Below, piece by piece: positions 36,653 through 41,499 of a stretch of DNA of 41,499 bases. The notes under the pieces were generated by a model. The model was not told the DNA's origin and searched no databases. It saw nothing but the letters and a program-made list of their open reading frames with translations. The stretch is from the IMG/VR virus record IMGVR_UViG_3300045988_023006, positions 1-41,499 of that record. One strand, 5' to 3'. Origin of the DNA: a virus. The translations under genes were made by a program, and so were the position numbers. Each line of letters opens with the position of its first letter. Positions within the stretch are counted from its first letter, which is position 1.

Positions 36653-38441
36653 GCTGTACGGCTCCAAATCCACATACGGCTGGCAGCTGTGGCTTGGGTA
36701 TACCATCCAGCAATCCCGCAGCAACAACCGCAGCACCATTGCCCTGTCGCTGCAGATCTACGACGGCACCGGCGAGAGCTATAACCAGGCGGCCAACAGC
36801 TGCTATTACGTCTTACAGGGCACCAAGGTGTACCATCCCTACAGCTACACCGCCAAGGGCTGGTACGATCTGGGCACCAAGACCATCACCGTGGACCACG
36901 ATGCCAAGGGCGAGGCCACGGTAACACTGTCCGCTGAGTGGCACAGCGGCTTTACCTCTCAATGGACGCCAGCGTCTCTGTCTGTATCCGGCAAGGTCAC
37001 GCTGCCTACCATCCCCCGGGCATCCTCTTTGGCTGTCCCGGCCCTGACGTTGGGCAGCCCTGCCACACTGACCGTCACCAAGGCAGACAGCAGCTACACA
37101 CACAAGATCACCTACGCCTGGGGCACGCACTCCGGCGTGGTGTCAGCAGAGACGGGCGCGACGTCCATTACCTGGACGCCGCCCCTGGAACTGGCCAGCG
37201 ACATCCCCAACGCCGCCAGCGGTGTGGGTACCCTGACCATTACCACATACAGCGGTGATACGGCCTTGGGCAGTCAGTCCTATAGCTTTGCCGCCTCCGT
37301 GCCCTCCAGCGCGGCCCCTGTGGCCACCGTGGCGCTCTCGGACGCTGGGGGGTATGCAGATACCTACGGAGCCTACGTGCAGACCAAGAGCCGCCTAAAG
37401 GCCGTCACGACGGCCAACGGGAAATACGGGGCGACGGTCAAGGGCTATACCCTGGCTATCTCCGGCCTGACGGCCACCGGGGCCACAGCCACTACTGGCG
37501 CGCTGCCGGAGTCCGGCGCGGTGGCCTATGCCGTCACCGTTACAGACTCCCGGGGGCTGTCCACCATCCTACGAGGGACCATCACCGTGCTGCCCTACGC
37601 CGCGCCCGGTGTGCGATCCATCAGCACCGCCCGCTGTGATGCAGACGGCACGGACAACCCCGCCGGAGATCATGCCAAGGTGTCCTTTGTGGGCGCGGTG
37701 GCGCCGCTGGCCAGCCAGAACACGGCCGCCTATGTCATCCGCTACCGGGCCCAGGGGGCGGACACCTGGAGCTCCCAGGCCGTGCCGGACGCCGCCGGGC
37801 AGTATACACCCAGCGCCTACGGCGTCATCCCGGCCGCGGTGGACACCGTCTATGAGGTGTGCATAGCCGTCACCGACGCACTGGGCAGCACAGCCAGCCT
37901 GATTGTGGTGCTGCCATCGGCGCAGGTGCTGTTCCGGACGGCGCCGGCTGTGGACGGTCTGTCCATCGGCCAGTATCTGACCGAGGCGGCCACGCTGATT
38001 GTGGGCGGACTCATCAAGCACCTGAAGCTGCCCGGTCCCGCGGCGGTGTTGTTCGACGGCAAGTCCCTCCTGGACTACCTCCACCCCGTCGGCAGCATCT
38101 ACCAGTCCACGGATGCCACGCCTCCAGCGGACCTGTTTGGCGGCACCTGGGAGCAGATCAAGGACAGGTTCCTCTTGGCGTCAGGCGACTCCCACGCGGC
38201 TGGCTCCACCGGCGGCGAGGAGGAGCACATCCTGACGGCGGCGGAGATGGCAAACCACACCCACGGCTACGATTACACGGGCCAGAGCATTACGGAGGGC
38301 GTCAACGCCATCCGCCTGTATCAGGCCGCGAGTACCCAGTACAACGCTTACACGGGCAAGGCCACGTCCAACTGCGGCGGCCAGGCCCACAACAATATGC
38401 CGCCGTACCTGGCCGTGTACACATGGCGCAGGACGGCATAA
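36639..38441 (+). CDS. Tail fibre / receptor-binding protein
   Basis: About 600 aa (ATG 36645 is better spaced from its RBS). The N-terminal part resembles siphovirus DUF859. The C-terminus ..HPVGSIYQS..LFGGTWEQIKDRFLLA..GGEEEHILT..MANHTH..HNNMPPYLAVYTWRRTA is tail-collar/baseplate-type. Confidence 0.7.
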   Translation: MPMGELYGSKSTYGWQLWLGYTIQQSRSNNRSTIALSLQIYDGTGESYNQAANSCYYVLQGTKVYHPYSYTAKGWYDLGTKTITVDHDAKGEATVTLSAEWHSGFTSQWTPASLSVSGKVTLPTIPRASSLAVPALTLGSPATLTVTKADSSYTHKITYAWGTHSGVVSAETGATSITWTPPLELASDIPNAASGVGTLTITTYSGDTALGSQSYSFAASVPSSAAPVATVALSDAGGYADTYGAYVQTKSRLKAVTTANGKYGATVKGYTLAISGLTATGATATTGALPESGAVAYAVTVTDSRGLSTILRGTITVLPYAAPGVRSISTARCDADGTDNPAGDHAKVSFVGAVAPLASQNTAAYVIRYRAQGADTWSSQAVPDAAGQYTPSAYGVIPAAVDTVYEVCIAVTDALGSTASLIVVLPSAQVLFRTAPAVDGLSIGQYLTEAATLIVGGLIKHLKLPGPAAVLFDGKSLLDYLHPVGSIYQSTDATPPADLFGGTWEQIKDRFLLASGDSHAAGSTGGEEEHILTAAEMANHTHGYDYTGQSITEGVNAIRLYQAASTQYNAYTGKATSNCGGQAHNNMPPYLAVYTWRRTA

Positions 38442-38454
38442 AGGGGGGTTACAG

Positions 38455-38985
38455 ATGGCGCTAAAAAAGACAAATTATGTAAACGGGAAAACGGTTATAA
38501 CTGCGGAAAACTTAAACGATATACAAGATGCAATTATCGCACTGGAAAGCGCTGGTGATGACGGCACTCACCCCGTTTATTACATTGTCCTTGCTGGCAG
38601 CTACCCAAACTACACCTGCCCGGTGGCGATGGCCGACATCAAGGCGGCGTATGAGGCGGGTAAGGTGCTGGAATGCCGGTGCGCGATGGGACCATACACC
38701 GCAACGCTGCCACTATTCGTCCCAATGCCCAGTGCAAACACATGGATATTCTCCGGCTCCGGTGCGCTGACCGCAATGGATTTCCCGGCGCAATCGCTGA
38801 CTATCGCCATCGTCAATGGCACCGTGCAGGCAAGTGATACGCGACTGGCATCCAAAGATGATATCCCCGCCGCTCTGCCCAATCCCAACGCTCTGACGGT
38901 TAAGATTGGCAGCACTATCGTGACTTATGATGGCAGCAGCGCCCAGACCGTGGAGATAGCGGACGGCACGGAGGTGAGTTACTGA
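38455..38985 (+). CDS. Fibre-associated hypothetical protein
   Basis: 176 aa. The N-terminus ..NYVNGKTVITAENLNDIQDAIIALE.. is common at fibre protein N-termini. Confidence 0.55.
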   Translation: MALKKTNYVNGKTVITAENLNDIQDAIIALESAGDDGTHPVYYIVLAGSYPNYTCPVAMADIKAAYEAGKVLECRCAMGPYTATLPLFVPMPSANTWIFSGSGALTAMDFPAQSLTIAIVNGTVQASDTRLASKDDIPAALPNPNALTVKIGSTIVTYDGSSAQTVEIADGTEVSY

Positions 38986-40835
38986 TGCAAAAGAAACTGT
39001 ATGAAGAAGCCTCCGTACAGGCGATTGCAAACGCCATCCGGGCAAAGAACGGCGAGGCGACCACCTACAAAATCGGGGAGATGGCAGATGCTGTGCGGGC
39101 GCTCTCCGGGAGCGAAGCAGTCGAATGGCATCAGTGCCCGGAAGCGGTACGCAATTACCTTGCCAACGTGACCTATGACCCGAGCGACTATACGTCCTCG
39201 GCCATTGAGACCTATGCCACAGGAGACGTGCAGAGCAACCCAAACGGCGTGCAGGCTGGCGGGGTAGCGCACTACAACGAGGTGCCAAACGTAGAGACGC
39301 CGTGGGCAGCAGGCGGAAAGGCCGGGACGTTGAAACCACTGGATGCCGTGCGATGGATCAAATCGCCGACGCGGAACGCGAGAGACCTTGGAGGGTGGCC
39401 ATGCGACGGGGGAACAGTACAATACGGCAAGTTGTTCCGCGGCGGTGAGGTGGCAACGAGCGACACGGAGTTTGTTAGGACACTGCACGACGAAATCGGC
39501 ATCCGCGCCGAGCTGGAACTGCAGGGGACGGATGTGGCAGAGGATTACTCTGTAATCGGATCGGATGTGGACTTCTGTTGCCCGACGGATGGAGGTTCCT
39601 ACTGGGCCTACTATTCCATCACAAGCAAAGCGTCTATGAGACAGGCGTTCCGTTTTATCTTTGACAGCGTCGCCAGAGGCAGACCTGTGTATTTCCACTG
39701 CTCAGCTGGGGCGGACCGGACCGGCACAATCGCGTGCTTGATCGAGGCACTCCTCGGCATGAGCCAGAGTGACATTGACCGGGATTACGAGTTGACATCC
39801 TTCAACGGAGCTACCTATTTGCGCAAACGCTGTGGCCGCGAGTACGCAACAGATCAGTGGGAGTGTGGCTACAAAAACCTGATTACAGCGATCACCGCAC
39901 TCAGCGGTCAGACATTCCGCGATAAGGTGATAAATTACATTGCCTCGCTCGGTTTTACCGCAGCGGAGATCAATGGATTCCGCGCGGCCATGATCGATGG
40001 TACGCCTGAGACGGTATCGCCCGTTGTGGCGACGTACACGGTAAGTAAGTCCATCAGCGGTGCGGAGATCAGCAACAGCGCGACAAGCGCGACGCAATAT
40101 CAGCCGTACTCGGCAGAGATCGCACCGACCGGCGGGAAGGTCATCAGCAGCGTAAAAGTCATGATGGGAGGGCAAGACGTCACAGCGGAAGTATTTTCCG
40201 GGACGCAAGCGATCCGGCGGTACGCTGTGACCAAAACGCTGAAAAACTGCACGATCGACAACGCAAAAAAAGCGGCAGTAGACGGAGAAGGGTATGGCGC
40301 GACGATCACTCCCGTAGGCGGGTATACGCTTACCGGGGCGACGATAACAATCGTGATGGGAGGTGTCGACGTGTCGACATATTATTCTGGGGGCAAAATC
40401 GCGATCCCAAGTGTGACCGGGGACATTGCTATCACAGTGACGGCAGTGCCAACAACATCGGCTTATACAAACCTATTTGATCCAAGTGGCATCCACGCAG
40501 GATATCGTATCAACAGCGGCGCGGCGCTGGAAGCCAACTCTTCGCAGAATGTATCGAACAATATTGATCTCGGCGGAAGCGGCGTAACCGTGCGCATAAA
40601 AGGGTCTAAAGCAAACACGGATGCGTCAACATATCGAATCTGCTACTTCAACGGGAACAACTGGACCGGAGCAATACACCTTCAAAATGCTGATGGGTAC
40701 GCTTATGATGCCGTAACAGACACGATTACTTTCACGAGCAGCAGCAATGTGCTTCACACAAAGCTCAGGTTCAGTTATCCTTCGACAACAGATTCGGCGG
40801 CGATTGTGGTGACGGTCAACGAGCCGATTACATAA
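38985..40835 (+). CDS. Tail fibre-like protein carrying a tyrosine-phosphatase-fold (Y_phosphatase3-like, CX5R) domain, two Ig-like repeats and a C-terminal beta-rich domain
   Basis: 616 aa. Fibre-type N-terminus (..AIANAIRAKNGEATTYKIGEMADAVRAL). ..NARDLGGW.. and VYFHCSAGADRTGT (39696-39725 encodes HCSAGADRTG). Repeated ..ITP.GGY.L....I.V.MGG.DV.. modules. Confidence 0.7.
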   Translation: MQKKLYEEASVQAIANAIRAKNGEATTYKIGEMADAVRALSGSEAVEWHQCPEAVRNYLANVTYDPSDYTSSAIETYATGDVQSNPNGVQAGGVAHYNEVPNVETPWAAGGKAGTLKPLDAVRWIKSPTRNARDLGGWPCDGGTVQYGKLFRGGEVATSDTEFVRTLHDEIGIRAELELQGTDVAEDYSVIGSDVDFCCPTDGGSYWAYYSITSKASMRQAFRFIFDSVARGRPVYFHCSAGADRTGTIACLIEALLGMSQSDIDRDYELTSFNGATYLRKRCGREYATDQWECGYKNLITAITALSGQTFRDKVINYIASLGFTAAEINGFRAAMIDGTPETVSPVVATYTVSKSISGAEISNSATSATQYQPYSAEIAPTGGKVISSVKVMMGGQDVTAEVFSGTQAIRRYAVTKTLKNCTIDNAKKAAVDGEGYGATITPVGGYTLTGATITIVMGGVDVSTYYSGGKIAIPSVTGDIAITVTAVPTTSAYTNLFDPSGIHAGYRINSGAALEANSSQNVSNNIDLGGSGVTVRIKGSKANTDASTYRICYFNGNNWTGAIHLQNADGYAYDAVTDTITFTSSSNVLHTKLRFSYPSTTDSAAIVVTVNEPIT

Positions 40836-40836
40836 A

Positions 40837-40857
40837 AGGAGGGCGATTAGCCCTCCT
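40837..40857 (-). terminator. Hairpin whose T-tract lies on the minus strand
   Basis: AGGAGGGC-gatta-GCCCTCCT. On the minus strand it is followed by TTTTAT; on the plus strand by GCTTGA. Confidence 0.5.
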
Positions 40858-40930
40858 GCTTGAGCGCCTGCGTTATCAGGTGCTCGATGTAGTTTGAGAC
40901 GCTGCGGTCCTCCGCTTCTGCGGCGGCCCG
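40847..40930 (-). pseudogene. Start-less remnant resembling the C-terminal half of a ribbon-helix-helix (CopG/Arc-type) protein
   Basis: The minus frame reads ..RAAAEAEDRSVSNYIEHLITQALKQEG*, with its stop inside the hairpin. No ATG, GTG or TTG occurs in-frame upstream. Confidence 0.35.
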
Positions 40931-41113
40931 GTGATTGTCACAGTCAACGAGGAAATCGTTAACAAACAGGTGTGGGTGGGTACCCCCATGCAGTTCGGCA
41001 ATGAGATCAAGCAGAACATGGCCAATGTCTTTGTGCAGGCCCCCAACGGCACCCTGTACACCATCGCCGTGGACAACAGCGGCAATCTGTCGGCCACGGC
41101 ATTCACGCAGTAA
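40931..41113 (+). CDS. Small protein, possibly an orphaned fibre C-terminal module
   Basis: 60 aa with a GTG start. ..VIVTVNEEIVNKQ.. echoes the last residues of the preceding fibre (..AIVVTVNEPIT). GC3-rich from about 40970. Confidence 0.45.
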   Translation: MIVTVNEEIVNKQVWVGTPMQFGNEIKQNMANVFVQAPNGTLYTIAVDNSGNLSATAFTQ

Positions 41114-41149
41114 TCACGCCGCCCAGAGCGGCAGGAAAGGAGATTTTAC

Positions 41150-41499
41150 ATGAAAGAAAACACGATCAAGGCCGCGCTGGCGGCCGCGCTGGGGGCGCTG
41201 TGCGCCTACGGAGTGCAGCTGCTGGTGCCGGTGCTGGTGCTGGTGGTGGTGATGCTGCTGGACTACGCCACGGGCATGACCAAGGCATGGAACGCCGGGG
41301 AGCTGTCCTCCCGGGTGGGCCTGCGGGGCATCCTGAAGAAGGTGGGCTACTTGGTCATCGTCGCCGTGGCCGCTGTGGTAGACTGGCTGCTGCGCTACGG
41401 AGCCGACACCCTGGGCTGGGACTGGCCGGTGGAGTTCCTGTTTGCCAGCATCGTCATCATCTGGCTGGTGATCAACGAGCTGCTGTCCATCCTGGAGAA
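41150..41499 (+). CDS. Holin, 5' portion (continues at 56..179 of the window)
   Basis: ATG 41150 after GAAAGGAG. MKENTIKAALAAALGALCAYGVQLLVPVLVLVVVMLLDYATG.. with TM helices. The frame is open to the window end. Confidence 0.8.
   Translation, partial: MKENTIKAALAAALGALCAYGVQLLVPVLVLVVVMLLDYATGMTKAWNAGELSSRVGLRGILKKVGYLVIVAVAAVVDWLLRYGADTLGWDWPVEFLFASIVIIWLVINELLSILE
41445..41499. repeat. Terminal direct repeat, identical to 1..55
   Basis: Same 55-mer as the window start. The holin reading frame is continuous across the junction. Confidence 0.95.

Larger units (their letters stand above)
1..41499. mobile_element. Complete temperate siphovirus-type phage genome (circularly closed contig, unique length 41,444 bp)
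   Basis: Carries integrase, CI/Cro-like switch, recombination/replication genes, TerS/TerL/portal/MuF/scaffold/capsid, tail genes (major tail, chaperone, tape measure, Dit, Tal, fibres) and holin/endolysin. No sheath gene. The two ends are identical over 55 bp. Confidence 0.9.

Noticed and set aside
40847-41113. An intact minus-strand RHH antitoxin/regulator gene antisense to the 60-aa ORF.
   Set aside because: The minus frame is open but contains no ATG, GTG or TTG upstream of the RHH-like segment. Sequence upstream of 40930 reads as the mirror of a GC3-rich plus-strand ORF. Only a remnant is called.

Overview
The window is the complete genome of a temperate siphovirus-type phage with a long non-contractile tail. 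The unique sequence is about 41.44 kb. The first and last 55 nt are identical, so this is a circularly closed contig opened inside the holin gene. High G+C, GGAGG-type RBSs, an Amidase_3+SPOR endolysin and a large serine integrase suggest a Clostridia (Oscillospiraceae/Faecalibacterium-like) host; that is inference only. All family names are motif-level recollections; nothing was searched.

Gene order:
- holin 3' end and endolysin
- a ~3.6-kb cargo (moron) cassette
- candidate attP, serine integrase and a membrane-anchored HTH partner
- an AT-rich accessory islet
- CI-like repressor operon, a face-to-face switch region with two tiny convergent ORFs, and a Cro-like gene
- recombination genes (Gp157-like, Rad52/Sak-like SSAP, NinB-like, HNH, SSB)
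- replication genes (organizer, DnaC-like loader, DUF1064-like)
- three DNA methyltransferases and many small Cys-rich proteins, including a Lar-like one
- ArpU/RinA-like late activator
- a ~270-nt densely structured non-coding leader
- a fourth methyltransferase, TerS, TerL, portal, and MuF with an extra C-terminal domain plus a tiny downstream ORF
- scaffold, capsid with a -1 frame cadherin/Ig-like extension, and connectors
- major tail protein, G/GT-type chaperone, tape measure, Dit, Tal and fibres (one carries a CX5R phosphatase domain)
- holin 5' end

No rRNA, canonical tRNA or CRISPR array was seen.

Best follow-up candidates:
- the structured leader with a tRNA-like acceptor/T-arm minihelix (20598-20860)
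- the cargo cassette (961-4571)
- the MuF C-terminal domain plus 51-aa ORF (putative virion-delivered toxin/immunity pair)
- the phosphatase-bearing tail fibre
- the convergent switch architecture
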